From the NCBI RefSeq assembly GCF_004010195.1, contig NC_057718.1, positions 66,092,770-66,144,767 on the forward strand: a DNA stretch of 51,998 bases, written 5' to 3'. The translations under genes were made by a program, and so were the position numbers. Source of the stretch: Chiloscyllium plagiosum (lineage: Eukaryota). The notes beneath the pieces were generated by a model. That model was not told the origin of the DNA, made no database searches, and worked only from the letters and a program-made list of their open reading frames with translations. Shown piece by piece: positions 1 to 13,370 of this stretch. Each line of letters opens with the position of its first letter. Positions within the stretch are counted from its first letter, which is position 1.

Positions 1-310
1 AATTGACTGAAATATAAAAGGTTTTGAACAGTCTTGACAAAATTAGGAGCCTCCTTCCTAGGGCAAAGATCAGGATTTATTTTTTGTCTCGGAGCAGTGT
101 GCAATTTGGAACTCTGCCTTAATGGAGTTGGGGTCAGTGAATAATTTTAAGACAAACATAGGTAGACTCTTATTAAGCAAAAGAATCAAAGGTTATCAAG
201 GCTGGATGAGAATGTAGAGTTCAAGACCATTAGCCATGCTGTTATTTAATGACAGAGCAGGCTCAAGGGGTCGAGTGGCCTACCGCTACTCCTAATTTGT
301 ATTCATGTAA
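1..310 (+). mobile_element. 3' end of an old CR1-group LINE
   Basis: Similar to the 3' ends of other CR1 copies in the window (e.g. 41330-41670): 'aaaggttatc...gagcaggctcaaggggtcgagtggcctacc' then a tatg-like tail. Confidence 0.7.
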
Positions 311-2308
311 GCTCTTCGGGTGTATTGGTGCTAACGTTGGGTGGCTATTCTGCATAACAGTCATGCAACAAACTGATTGATTAATCAGAATCCTATCCCT
401 CAGCTAACATCCCATACACCTCCATTAGAGGACATCTTGTTCCACCAACTGAATAGACTCATTTGAGGTGGGAGCATCATGGTATACAAGCGAGAGGAAT
501 GTCCTTCTGAGTTCTCTATGTTGATCTGGATCCCATGAAATCTTGTGGCTACATGAGATGGAAATGTTCATCTCAATTTTGTGGAGAGAAAATTATGCTT
601 TCATTCTGTTGACATCTTAACTAGCAATGCCATTAATAGGGTAGACTGAGAACAGATCTTGCAACTCAGAGATATGAGAAACTATGCATGATGAACAGTA
701 ACAGAACTGTACTCCACCACAACCTGTGATCTGATGCCCTAACACATTTCTCACTCCCCAATTACGAAGCAGATTGATCAATGAGAAATGCAAAAGAGCA
801 TGGCTTGACCATCACTATTAGTCAAGACATTGTAAAAAAGGTGCTTAAATTTTCTATGACACCTTACTTTTCTCAGTTTGATAGGCACCCTTCAATCTCC
901 CTTCATCCCAGTTCAGTGTTTCTAAATGATATGCTTTGCCTACTAGTTTTAAAAGGTATTAATGAATTTAAAATGCAAGTGTTTGGTTATGTAAAAGGTG
1001 ATGCAGAATTGCAGCCTTGGAATGGGCACAGTGGTAGTGGTTTGGAAATAGACTTGAAAATGAATCTTGAGTGGTGCCACGTAATGGTGAGACAATAACC
1101 CAAAGTAGTTGAAATTGTAAGTGTTAAGATGATGACTTCAACATTGCAGGACAGACAGAAAATGGAAGGGTGTCCTTGTAAATAATATTTTGCCCAACTT
1201 TGATTCTTAGGATCCAATTTTGAGCATATAAAATTTAAAGATGGCCAGAGGATCAAAACCAGAAAATCAGAATCAGAAAATTAGAATTCAGTGTTTGTAT
1301 ATTTAAGTAAAATTCACAAAGATATCACTGGGTTTATTTAATGTATTTATATCAGTACAGTTTAGGAAAAGTTCCACTTATTAATGAGCTTTGATGTGAT
1401 ACTGCAGTATGTAATGAATGGCCACTTGGTTATTTCTGTAACCACCAGTTATAGGTGGTGTGACCAGCAGTACTTGGCATTAGCATTGTACAGTTTAAAA
1501 TGCTCTTTCCAAGACACAAGCCAACTTTGTATGATAGAACTGATAATTATATTGTTGGATATTTTTCACCATATAGTGGACAAAATAATGCCTTGTCAAA
1601 GTTCTTTTATTACAATTTAAGGAAATCCTAATTGCAGCACTGCAATATTACCATATAATATGTATTTGAGTTATTATTTATTAGACATTGCATTGTTACT
1701 GATGAATTATGTTCACAATATCTACAGGAGTGTTACATCTCTGTAAAGTGTATTTCAATCTTGGAGTATATTAATAAAAGACTGCTTCATTCCAATTATT
1801 GTTTGTAGACACTTTTCTAATCCTGATCTAGCAACTTAAAAACAATTCATACTTGTCACTCATTTCAAACTTTGGCCACCATTACAACAGGGAAAAAAAG
1901 TACAGCTAGCGTAACATAGGAAACTAAACAGGGGACCTAGAATGAAGAAACTGAGGTATTATTAACAAACTTAGTTTAGTATTATATAATCAATTGAAAC
2001 TGAAGTTTAGGTGGTGTAACAAGTAGTGTGGTTTAGTTTTATACAATAATCACGTGACTGTGTTTTACTGTTAAGGTGTGAGAGCACAATTACTATATTA
2101 TTTCTAATCGATCTGTGATGGTGAATTGTGCAACAATGGCACAATTTAGGTTTATGCAGCTAGTCCGTGAGACTGTTGAATTATTTTTTATAGTCAATGT
2201 ATGTAATAGTGGTGTTCAATTTTAGATTGTGGGTACCATTGACTAGGCCAGCATTTGTACTCAAAAGTGCAATAATTATTACTGCATAATCTTTGATAGT
2301 AGAATGGT

Positions 2309-2633
2309 GGGTGGCACGGTAGCACAGTGGTTAGCACTGCTGCCTCACAGCGCCAGAGACCCGGGTTCAATTCCCGCCTCAGGCAACTGACTGTGTGGAG
2401 TTTGCACGTTCTCCCCGTGTCTGCGTGGGTTTCCTCCGGGTGCTCCGGTTTCCTCCCACAATCCAAAAATGTGCAGGTTAGGTGAATTGGCCATGCTAAA
2501 TTGCCCATAGTGTTAGGTGAAGGGGTAAATGTAGAAGAATGGGTCTGGGTGGGTTACGCTTCGGCGGGTCGGTGTGGACTTGTTGGGCCGAAGGGCCTGT
2601 TTCCACACTGTAAGTAATCTAATCTAATCTAAT
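2309..2633 (+). mobile_element. HE1-like tRNA-derived V-SINE, full length
   Basis: A box (tagcacagtgg), B box (ggttcaattcc), V-domain 'gtgtggagtttgcacgttctccccgtgtctgcgtgggtttcctccgggtgctccggtttcctcccac', LINE-like tail and (taatc)n end. Confidence 0.92.
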
Positions 2634-2754
2634 TCGATTTGTTACAATCAGGACTATGTGCTCGTTGATCTGGTGGACTTTAGTTTTATATAGTAGTGGT
2701 TGTGTGTAACCTTGAGGTTTTGGCTCATTTCGTGTAACTGGTGTATAATCTTAT

Positions 2755-3372
2755 TCCACTTCCACATGTCATTTACTGTATTCATTGCTCCTGATGCTGT
2801 CTCCTCTACACTAGGGAGACAGGACGTCTACTTGCAGAGCGCTTCAGAGAATATCTCTGGGACACCTGCACCAACCAATCCCATCTCCTCATGGCTGAGC
2901 ACTTCAACTCCCTCTCCCACTCCACCAAGGGCGTGCAGGTCCTGGGCCGCCTCCATCTCCACTCCCCAACCACCCGACACCTGGAAGAAGAACGCATCAT
3001 TTTCCACTTCAGGACCCTCCAACCCCAAGGCATCAATGTGGATTTCACCAGTTTCCTCATTTCCCCTCCCCCACCTTGTCCCAGTTCCAACCTTTCAACT
3101 TGCATGGCCCTCATGACCTGTTCTACCTGCCCATCTTCCTTCTCACCCTCCTCTCCAACCTATCACCGTTACCCCCACCTCCATCTATCTACCACATTCT
3201 TAGCTACCTTCTCCATCAGCCACACCATGCTCCCATGTATCTTACCACCCCTCGGCTCACAGCCTCATTCTTGATGAAGGGCTTTTGCCCAAAACGTTGA
3301 TTCTCCTGCTCCTTGGATGCTGCCTGACTTGCTGTGCTTATCCAGTACTACACTCTCGGCTCTAATCCTATA
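2755..3372 (+). mobile_element. Penelope-like element family A, 3' fragment (GIY-YIG endonuclease relic + pLTR)
   Basis: Translates to YCIHCS*CCLLYTRETGRLLAERFRE...MAEHFNSLSHS...LEEERIIFHFRTLQPQGINVDF, followed by a pyrimidine-rich UTR and the pLTR seen elsewhere in the window. Confidence 0.88.
3267..3302 (+). ncRNA. Degenerate minimal hammerhead ribozyme (PLE family A)
   Basis: attc-TTGATGA-a-GGGC tttt GCCC-AAAA-cgttgatt; core substitutions relative to the 44830 copy. Confidence 0.55.
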
Positions 3373-4619
3373 CAGATATCTGTGATAATGCAATGTGGTT
3401 TTCTATTGTTAATTTTTCCAACACAAGACTTTAGCTTTCTAAAACTATGTATTACAGTGATTTGTATGGCCCATTTTACTATTATACAGTCAGCAGTGGG
3501 ACTGGCATTTAATTTTAGATTCAGTATGTGCGACACTAAAGATTAGTTTAACACTGTTAATATGTACAATGGTACAATGTGGTTTTCTGTAGTGTGTGAT
3601 TGTATTTTGTCTTTTATAGAGTGTGGCATAATTTTATACTGTTTGTGAGAGTGGTGTTCAACTTTAAAGTCAGTGCAGAGTATATGTGACAGTTTATTAT
3701 TGTTGATTTCCTAAAATATTTGGGATTTAACTTTATCCAATTGGTATGTATGTCGATGGGATTTAGCTGTATACAGACAGTATATGTGACAGTTGAATTT
3801 AGATTATATAGTCAGTACACATGACCGTAGAATTTAATATTTATCACAATATGTGTGTGTGACAGTTAGTGATTTGGTTTCAACTTTGGATGTTATTTGA
3901 ATGTCTCTTCAGTTAAATGTGTCCTGCCTCTACTTAAGAGTGGTGATAGTCTAACTCTAATAGATTTCTGGAGAACTCTTTCTACAAAGTATAACAGTTT
4001 GCTGTGAGATAGCACATCTCTCTGATACATACTGTTGTTTTTTGTGGAATTTAACTGATGTCCCAGTTATATTGTCATTGATAATCACAGTCTCATTATT
4101 CTATATTTTCCATCCCTACCAAGAAAAATCTGTTTCATTTTAAATTATTAAATCACCTTCTTAAACTATTCACTTGAATTGTTTACAATTTCACCATCTC
4201 CCATAAAATTTGAACTTCATAAGTTAAACCTTTGCAGTACTTTATAGTTCTTGGCAGTGTTATGTCAAGAGTGATGGTCTTCAATTTGATTACAGTGGGA
4301 ACACCATTTTATGAGGTAAACAAGGCAGACTTCCAGACATCATCACTAAGCTTATAATATTCAAACTCATTTGTTCTTGCAGTATCTAATAATGTTAGAG
4401 ATTTTCAATTTCTCCTGAAAGTTCTGAACTGAGTTTGAACGAGAAATGATTGTGCATTCAGTTTGTCTAGAAACTGCTTCTTCAGATCTTCAGTCTCTGA
4501 TTCATACTTTTTGATCTGGTACCAGTGTTGATAAAGTCTTCACTTATGACTCACGTATCAGTTCTTATGCATTTTTGGTTAATTCTGCTGTAGTAACTTC
4601 CCAAGACTCCTTCAATAAC

Positions 4620-4875
4620 TCCATTTAAACTTGTGACCTCTACCAGCTAGGAGAGCAGCAGATGCAAGGGATACCACTAATTGCAAGTACCTGTCCAAGT
4701 CTTGTACCTTCCTGACTTGGAACTAAACCAAAATCCTGGAGTTCTCTTCCTAACAACACAGTGAGTGTCCTTGTGTATCAAGAAGGCAGCTCATTCCCAC
4801 TTTCTCAAGAGCAATTAGCGATGGGCAATAAATATTATCCAAGTCAGAGATACCCATGTCCCATGAATGATTATA
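4620..4875 (+). mobile_element. 3' end of second CR1/L2-group LINE family
   Basis: Matches 12450-12850 and the reverse complement of 13660-13900; ends 'gcaattagcgatgggcaataaat...cccatgaatga'. Confidence 0.65.
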
Positions 4876-4939
4876 AAGTTAAACAGCTGAATACCAATCA
4901 CTCTTTTTCCACTATTAGTGACGATGAGCCAATCTAAAC

Positions 4940-5030
4940 AAGGATCACTCAAACTAAAATATTAAGTCTGATTTCTCTCTTAAGATGCTGTGAGACCTGC
5001 TGAACTTTTCCAGCAGTTTCTGTTTTTGTC
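4940..5030 (+). mobile_element. Short PLE-type pLTR fragment
   Basis: 'gatgctgtgagacctgctgaacttttccagcagtttctgtttttg' matches 15820-15890 and 41980-42030. Confidence 0.55.
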
Positions 5031-5049
5031 ACTATCCTTCATCATTAAT

Positions 5050-7980
5050 ATTTTTCACCACTGTCTGGGCCGCCTCTCTGGCTTTTAATGAAGTGGAGAA
5101 CTAGTAGTGCATTTGATTCCATTGTGTTCTGCAAATTTCTTGAAATATTCATACATAAATTATTGACCATTATCTGAGAAACCATGGTTTGGAAAGATTT
5201 CTATAATGTTCCTTTTGCAGTTTCAGTTGTTGCAATGTGTCGTCTGATATCATCTAACCACATCAAATAACTCCTGAAACGAAATACAGTTTTCCTTTAA
5301 AGTTGGAGAGGTCTAGTCCCAACCATTGCCAGGCTTGGTAATAGAGTTGGTGTTTGACTATTTACTGCACAAACATGGCAGGATAATATGAAGTCTTCAC
5401 TTGTTTTGGAAATTCCTGGCCACTGGACAGATTGTTATGCATGAACTCTACACGTCACTATTTCTAAGTGAACGTCTTGGATTTTATGAAGAATTTACTC
5501 TCTTTTTGTCTTGTGTATTACCAAACTATGGCTAAAGACCAGAAGATTTTCCAGGAGGGATATTTTCTATGTTTGTGATGCCTACTTAAAAGTTGATAAT
5601 TTGGGCTATATCTTGGCCAACTTTCTTGGCAGAATTTTATAATCTGGACAAACTCAGTATCTGCTTATGCCTTACTTTTTTTTTGCAATTTTTCTCAAGC
5701 TTGAAAAATTTTTTTTATGACCAATAAAAATGCTTCCACTTCTGAAATAAATCTCAATTTCTGCTTGATTGGCCCCAGCTCGAGATAAGGTCTACTGTGA
5801 TCTGAGATTTGCCTGTTTCTTTCATAGTTGTATAATGATAGTACATTAGTCTGAGTGTGAAGTATTGTATACAAAGAGGGCCTTTGACAATCTCCATAGA
5901 GTTCAGCAAATGTGTCAAGGGATTATGGTCTACCACAGTATGAAGTTGTAATCCCATCAAATAACCAGAGAATCTTTCACATGCCAACTCTTTGTTCTGT
6001 ACTGTTACATATCATTGTTTTGTCTCAGTGTCCTGGAAGCAAAGAAGACAGGCTTCTTTTTATTATTCCTGGACCTGACAAGTACAGCCTCAAGGCTTGT
6101 GGAAAATACATCAGTGGCCATCACCCTGTGTAATCTGGGATTATAACATATCATAACATTGCCAAAACTGCTGCCTTTTTCTCAAAAGGCATCTACTGTA
6201 ACCTGATTGACCATTCTGAGGAATCTCTGGACATTAACATACTTGGCTTGTGGAAAATTACTGATGGCTTTTGTTACTTATTAAGTGTCAACAATTATTT
6301 CTTTTTGTTGTAAGATATGCCCCAAGAATCTAACAATTTTTGTAAATCCACATTTCTTTAAGCTGCAATTGTTTCTTATAACCCTTTAAGAATTTAACGG
6401 ACTCTGTGGCCATGTTCCTGTTTTGATGTGCCATGATAAGTGACATATATCCCCTTTAAGAACGTTTGATATGATATCCTGGAATATCTCCAGAACGGTT
6501 AAACTACCAAAGGAAAGGCAGTTCAAAGCAGAATTACCTGAAAGGCATGATAAACATTGTGAATAGCCTTGGCTGAGTCAAAGAATATATGCCAAACACT
6601 CACTATTAGCATCAAGAATGCAGAAGAAGACACCAATGGCAAGTTAACTGTCTTCCACTGAGGGCAAATAATGGCTTCCCATTGGACTGTTCTATTTAAG
6701 TTTGTCAGATCTACATAGGGTCTGACGGAACAATGTATCTTGGAAACTGCCAAAAGCTTTAAACACCACTTAGTGGGCCCTGTTATAAGGAGAGAGAACA
6801 TATCTATGTGATATTCTTTCAGGTTCTTTAATTTCACCAGCAATAGTTATGGTATCTTTCTGGAAGTGTTTATACTTTTAGGCTCAGTATTTTATACAAA
6901 TTCTTGACTAAAAAAGGAGTTAAAAGTCACGACAGGGGTAAGGAGGAAATCTGACTTAACACCATTGTCAGAAGACCCATGAACTTCTATTTCTTATATT
7001 CAGAAATTGTTCGAACTCTGAGCCTGCCATTATGCTGAGCACATGTCAGACAATCTTTTTTTTAGCTGTACACTATTACAATAAAGTGTTTTGAAATGTT
7101 TGATGTAACATCTTGATTTCACAATTAAACAAGTTAGTTTTAGTTGAAATAAATTCACATCAGAATTGAAATGAAAATATTTAATCAAACACAGTTGGAC
7201 AGCTAAGAAATATTAGTTATTAGAATTAGTTATTAGAATTAGAAATATTAGAATTCAAAGTTGCGCAGTTTATGTGATATCCCCAGGTCACAACTGAAGG
7301 AATATTTCCATGTTTAAATCAATTTAAAACAGAAAATATGTCTCAACAAAAATCATCCATGTATTCATCTGCTTAGAGAAATAATTAACAAATATAATTT
7401 AACTTGAGTCCTTTCAATGCTCAAAGTAAGATCACAGCATAGTTATGATCCCCAAAAAGGCTGATAATATTTGAAACCAAGGGGGCAAAAAAATTGCAAT
7501 GCTTTTCCTTTTGAAACATTTTACAGACATGATCCAGTTAAAATCACCTTAATTGAATCAGTCGATGGATACTTTGAATATAAAGGTACATGTTACTTTA
7601 ATAATTAATGCAAAGATATGCCTCATGGCTGCAAACACTCATATTACTTCCTGCACAAATATAGAGCCCTGTTTCTCATCAAGTTGGCTTCTCCTCTGTA
7701 GGATCCCTCACTTCCCTTTCTATTGTTTCAACATTTGTGTCATGTTCACTATCAACCACATTCTGTCCAAAATACCCCGGAAAGTGTTGCCATCAACAAG
7801 ATATCAGGTCACTTAGCCCTGCTGCCACAGAATTCCCAGAGACTCCCTTTCTTACTCTTTTAAATGAGATGGTGGACCCTGACAACATTAAGATAATCAA
7901 TCATAGGTCTTAACCAATTCACAATCTTGTTCTTCTGCTCTCTGCTTTCGACAACTGTATAACTCACAATAACACAGTCT
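5050..7980 (-). mobile_element. Highly decayed Gypsy LTR retrotransposon internal region (pol)
   Basis: RNase H-like ACERFSGYLMGLQLHTVVDHNPL...IQYFTLRLMYYHY...GKSQITVDLIS (5754-5987) and RT-like 'VRPYVDLTNLNRTV' (6523-6843). LTRs not identified; outer limits uncertain. Confidence 0.72.
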
Positions 7981-7994
7981 CTGGTGTATTCATC

Positions 7995-8345
7995 ATAGGA
8001 TCATAGAATCCATATAGTGAGAAAGAGGCCATTTGCCCCATCAAGTTTGCACTGATCCTCTGAAGAGCATTCCACCCAGAACCAGCCCCCTACCCTATGC
8101 TAACCCCATGACCCCATATTTACCATGGCTAATCCACCTAGCCTACAGTTCCCTGGACACTATGGGCAGTTTAGCATAGCCAATCTACTTAACTTGAACA
8201 TCTTTCAACTGGGATAAACAAGAGCACCTGGTGGAAACCCTCTCAGACACAGGAAGAATGTGCAAACTCCACACAGTCACTCAAGGCTGCAATTGAACCC
8301 AGGTTCTTGGCACTATGAGGGACCAGTGCTAACCACTGAACCTAC
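7995..8345 (-). mobile_element. HE1-related V-SINE, diverged
   Basis: Reverse complement carries 'tcagtggttagcactgg', B box 'ggttcaattgc', V-domain and a (ctatgat)-like tail. Confidence 0.85.
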
Positions 8346-8944
8346 TTCAACTCCAAGATCAATTAAAAATTGTCAAACAGAAAACTTTTCCATGAGGCGA
8401 GAATATTGTTTGATTGCTCTTTAGACAAACTCTCATTGTATTCTGAACTACCAAACAGAAAAAAAAGCAGGCTGATCTAACTCCACTGTGATTAGTTTTT
8501 TGTTTGCCCCTTGTATCTCAATTATTCATTTGCTATGTGATGCACAGGTCACATGGAAAATTTCTGCAAACCTAAAGAGGTTATTATCAGGAAAGCAATT
8601 AACCCACTTTCAGCATACTATGCAAGTCACATCACAGAAAAGAAAATACATGCTTTTTTTGAGCACATGGACCATCACAACATAACACGTGTGTTGCTGA
8701 CAATCAGGATAATTACATCACTTTTAAAGATTTTTCAAGCAAAAGAAATGCTGTGTAATGTTTTATAAATTCATAAGAAGCTCCACAACTCTATAACAAA
8801 AGCTGAAATTCCAGTAACATTTCAGTTCCTTTTTTTTCCATTTGATCATGGGATATAGGCATCACTGCCTTGGACAGCATTTTTTGTCCGTTCCTAATTG
8901 TGCACAGGACAGCTACGAGTCAGATACAATGCTGTAGGCCTGTA

Positions 8945-10312
8945 CTCAATTAAAATCCATAACCTCAGGTCATGGCATGTACCCTATTAAAATTGCCATC
9001 AAGCTAGAGGATCAACTTTGGTTCAATAAACATTGTAGAAAGGTGTGCCAGGAGCAACACGAGGGTGAGGTGTCAACCTGATTAAGTTATAACACTCGAC
9101 CACTTGCATGCCAAACAATGGAAATAGCATGTGATCAACAGAACAGAACTCTTAAATTTGCACCATTCAGACATGAATCGTGTTGAAAACCTAGCAGCTC
9201 ACTGGAGCAGATGGCTCCAGAAATATCCATATCCTCAGTGATGGAAAAGTCCAGCACATTAGTGCAGAAGATAAGTTTAAAGAATTTGCAAATATCTTCA
9301 ATCAGAAGTGCTGAGGAGACTATCAATCTTGGTCAACTTCTGAGCTATGGTCCCTCTAATTTCTCCAACTGCTGTGTGGGCCTCTCAGATCCATGCACAG
9401 AAGTGGCTGGAGATACAGGAAGTGATTGCTTCAGTATGGTGTTGGCATGTGCAGCCATGCCACTTAAAGGAAATATTACTCTTGTTGTCCTCAACATCAT
9501 AGATACCAGTCTTTAGCAATTGGATCAACTACATGTAATGCCAGAAAATGGCTGAAGGTACTGGATAATGCAAAGTCTATGGATATTGACATCATTTTGA
9601 TAATAGTACGGAAGACCCGTGTACCAGAAATTGACATACCTCTAGCCAAGCTATTCTGGTACAACTACAACACTGGTGTCTACCCAACAATCTGAAAATT
9701 TGCCCAGGAATGTCCTGTCCACAAAAAGTGGGACCATCCAATTCGACCATACGTGATTCCATCAGACGGCTCTCAATTGTCAGCAAAGTAATAGTGACAT
9801 CCGTAGTGCTCTTGAACTGCATTTAATCTAACTTCATCTGCTTACTGATGCTGAGTTTGCATTTTGCCAGGACCCTTAGCTCCTGACCTTATAGCCTTGA
9901 AAATTCTGGACAAAAAAAAAACAAACTCGAGAGGGAATGGCAGTGATTGCCCTTGATGTCAGGACAGCATTTGACAAAGTTGTCATCAAAAGACTCGAGC
10001 TAAACTAGAGTCAGTGCAAACCAGGGCGAAAACTCTCCATTGCTTGGAGTCATGCATAACCCAAGGAAAGACTGTGATTGTTGGACATGCAGCTTCTCAG
10101 CTCCAGAACCTCTCTGCATGAGTTCCTTCGGATCATGTGCAAGGCCCAATCATCTTAAGGTGCTTCATTAATCACGTTTGCTCCATCATAAGGTCAGAGG
10201 TTGGATTGCTCATTGATTACACAATGTCCAGCCCTATTTGTGACTCCATAGGTATTGAAGCAATCATGTCCAAATGCAGCAAGATCTCGATAATATTCAG
10301 GCTTGGTCTAAT
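8945..10312 (+). mobile_element. Decayed ORF2 of second CR1/L2-group LINE family
   Basis: RT motifs readable: 'gccCTTGATGTCAGGACAGCATTTGACAAAGTT' (ALDVRTAFDKV), 'GVPSDHVQGPIIL'; homologous to 14330-16160 on the minus strand. Confidence 0.75.
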
Positions 10313-11097
10313 ATATGTAAAGTGCGTACAAACAGACAGACAGAATTATGAACTCAGCCCCTCAAGGCAGTTCTGCTAATCAATAGAATCATGGTTGATG
10401 TGATGCTGCATGTTCTTGCATATCCCAATAATCTTGCAGCCCTTTACATATCAACAATTTATCTACCTCTGCCTTAAACCTATTCAAAGACCCTGCTTCA
10501 ATTGTGTTGAGAGAAAGAGTTCCAAAGATACTAATTTCTCCATGAGAAAAATTCACTCTTTATTGCTGTCTTAAATTTCACTTCATTTCTGTTTGAAGTG
10601 GGTGACACCTTACTTTTAAAAAGTGACTACCTAATTCTAGTTTCTGCAGTAGGAGGAAACATTTTCTTCACATCTACCCTGTCAAGATTGCTCAGGATCT
10701 AATACGTTTCAAGCAAGTTGTCTCTCACTCTTCTAAACTCTCATATTTTCAACCCTAGTCTACCCAATCTTTCCTCATAAGACCAGCTCCCCATTCCAGA
10801 TAACAACCTCGTAAATTCTGAACTGCTTCCAATACATTTATATCTATCTTGAAACAAGACCAATACTGTCATCAGACCTCCAGGTGTGTGTCTCATTAAT
10901 GCCTTGTATAACTGACCCATAACCGTCCTACTTTTGTGTTCTATTTCCTTCATGATAAATGTTATTCTTTTAACTTTGCTAACAACTTGCTGTACCTACA
11001 TACTAACCTTTGCGATGTATATATGCTAATACTCAGATCTGCATCTCTAGGTTTTGCAGTCTCTCACTATTGAGATAATAGGCTTCTTTTGCATTAT

Positions 11098-11193
11098 GGT
11101 CGAGTGTGTAGTGCTGGACAAACACAACAGGTCAGGCAGCTTCCGGGGAGCAGGAGAATCGACTTTCGGGCATAAGCCCTTCATTAGGAATGA
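11098..11193 (-). mobile_element. Solo PLE family A pLTR fragment with degenerate hammerhead (11157-11191)
   Basis: Reverse complement: attc-CTAATGA-a-GGGC ttat GCCC-GAAA-gtcgatt-ctcctgctcc; matches 44830-44915. Confidence 0.75.
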
Positions 11194-11517
11194 ATCTTTT
11201 GTGTTATTTCATATTCGCCCAAATTATTTTCTATTTGCCAGATTTTTGCCCATTTAATGTATCTATATTCTTTTTTGATTTCCTTGTGTCCTTTGTATAA
11301 CTTAGTTTCCTACCTATCTTGGAGCCATTAGCAAACTTAGCAACCATACATTCAGCCCCTTCATTCAAGTCATTTTTAAAAATTCTAAAAGGTTGATTCC
11401 TGTCCACTAGGTTACATCTGCCCAACCAGAAAATAATCTCTTTATGACTATTTTCTGGTTCCTGTGAGCTAGCCAATCTTCTATACGTGTAAATATATTA
11501 TTCCTACACCATCGGTT

Positions 11518-11835
11518 GGGTGGCACGATGGCTCAGTGGTTAGCACTGCTGCCTCACAGCACCAGGGTCCCAGGTTCAATTCCAGCCTCGGGCAACTGTC
11601 TGTGCGGAGTTTGCACATTCTCCCTGTGCCTACGTGGATTTCCTCCGGGTGCTCTGGTTTCTTCCCATAGTCCAAAGATGTGCAGGTCGGGTGAATTGGC
11701 CATGCTAAATTGCCCGTAGTATTAGGTCCATTAGTCACAGGGAAATGGGACTGGGTGGGTTTCTCTTCGGAGGGTAGGTGTGCACTTGGGCCAAAGGGCC
11801 TGTTTCCTCACTGTAGGGAATCTTATCTAATCTAA
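11518..11835 (+). mobile_element. HE1-like V-SINE
   Basis: Colinear with 2309-2633; A and B boxes, V-domain, atcta tail. Confidence 0.9.
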
Positions 11836-12039
11836 TAAGTTTTTCCACAATAACCTTGGATGTGGCACCTTATCAAATGTCTTCTAGAAAATCACATATA
11901 TCGGTTTCCATGTTTCTTCCTCAAAGAAGTCCAATAAAATGATTAAACTTATTTCAGTTTCACAAACTGTATTGACTCGGCCCTACTTACCTTGAGCTTT
12001 ACTAAGTGCTGTGCTGTAATGTCTTTGTGCCGTAAGATT

Positions 12040-12855
12040 AGGCAGTGACCATCCCCAACAAGAGAATCAATCATCACCTCTGGGATACTATATGCATTAC
12101 CACCACTAAATCTCCCAATATTAATATTTTGGAGTTACCATTGATCAGAAACTGGTTGGCACCAGCCACATAAACATTGTCACGCCAAGAGCTGGAGAGA
12201 AGGTGGGATGTCTGTGGTGAGTAACTTATAACTCTGCAAAGCCTGTCCACCATCTAAAATGCACAATTCAGGAGTGTGATGCCATACTCTCCACTTGCCT
12301 GAATGAGTGTCAAGATAGCTCCAGGACAAGCAGCCCATTGATTGGCACCCCATCTGACACCTTCAGCATTCATGACTTCCATCACAGATAGACAGTAACA
12401 GTAGTGTAGACTAGTTACAAGATGCACTGCAACAACTCACCATGGCTGCTTAAAGCAGCATCTTCCAAACCTTCATCATCTAAAATGAAAAACTCAGCAG
12501 GTATATGGATCACCATGACTTGAAAGTTCCCCTTCAACCGCACACTCTCCTGACTTCAACATCAATGGGTCAAAAACCTTGAACTTTTTATCTATTTAAA
12601 ATAAAGCTTCGGTATCTGTAAAATCACAAATTTGCCTATCTACGCCAAAAAATAAATATCACATTTGCATAATTTCTAACTTATTTTTAAACAAACTCCT
12701 CACTTGAGAATTCCATCAATCACAAGGGTTCTCAAGAACGGAACCTTTGTGATAAGGAGGAAGGACTGCAGCAGTTCAATAAGGTAGTTCACCATCTTAC
12801 TCAATAAATTCTGGCTTAGCCAGTGATGTCTACATCTCATGAATGAAAATAAATC
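12040..12855 (+). mobile_element. 3' portion of second CR1/L2-group LINE family (interrupted)
   Basis: Homologous to the reverse complement of 14220-14660 and to 4620-4875. Confidence 0.65.
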
Positions 12856-13231
12856 CATCCATGGCTTTGTTCCCCCACCCCCCACACTATCTCTGCAATA
12901 TATACCAATCACACAGCCATCCAAGATATCTGCTTTTCTCCAATTCTGACTTTGGCTCTCACTTTTTAATTGTCCCACCATTTGATGAGCATACCATCAC
13001 TTGGCTAGATATCAAACTTTGGAATAACCTTCCTACGTCTCTCTGCCTTACTTTCCTTTGAAGTGATCCTTAAAGCCTACATTTTTAACCATGATTTTGA
13101 TTGTCTGACTTAATAACTTCTTTCTTGGTTAGGTGTCACACTTTGTTTAATAATGTGATGTCCTTAGAACATTTGATTATATTAAAAGTGATACAGAAAT
13201 ATAATTTTTTTGTTGTGGACTTTACAACATC

Positions 13232-13370
13232 AATCACTAAAATCAAGCAAAGAACTGCACATGGTGAAGATCTGAAACAAAAACAAATTGCTGGAGAGAC
13301 TCAACAGGTTTGACAGCATCTCTGGAAAGGTCACTGAACTTGAAACGTAAACTCTGTTTCCTCTCAACGC
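13232..13370. mobile_element. Old PLE-type pLTR fragments in inverted arrangement
   Basis: 'aaacaaaaacaaattgctggagagactcaacaggtttgacagcatc' is the reverse complement of the 4940-5030 type; followed by forward 'ggtcactgaacttgaaacgtaaactctg'. Confidence 0.5.

Larger units (their letters stand above)
1960..3890. repeat. Degenerate ~35-bp tandem repeat interrupted by a SINE and a PLE
   Basis: Recurring unit like TTATACAGTCAGTATGTGTGACAGTNGAATTTAG; clearest consecutive copies near 3732, 3770, 3805, 3842; related words near 1980, 2040, 2150, 2640, 3482. Confidence 0.55.
10380..12030 (-). mobile_element. Decayed CR1 LINE 3' half with nested PLE pLTR and SINE
   Basis: 'CMVAKFANGSKIG' (FADD-like) at 11231-11476; 'QLYKALMR...SYEERLGRLGL' at 10741-10953. 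Confidence 0.8.

Noticed and set aside
781..1098. 105-aa ORF in unique sequence
   Set aside because: No recognisable domain or convincing exon structure; within chance length.
2309..2385. tRNA gene
   Set aside because: tRNA-derived SINE head followed by V-domain and LINE-like tail.
7205..7256. Short (tattagaat)-like tandem duplication
   Set aside because: Ordinary slippage repeat within a decayed element.
12663..12670. Octamer motifs (also near 19250 and 44376) as immunoglobulin promoters
   Set aside because: Isolated 8-mers are expected by chance in AT-rich DNA; no leader or V exon follows.
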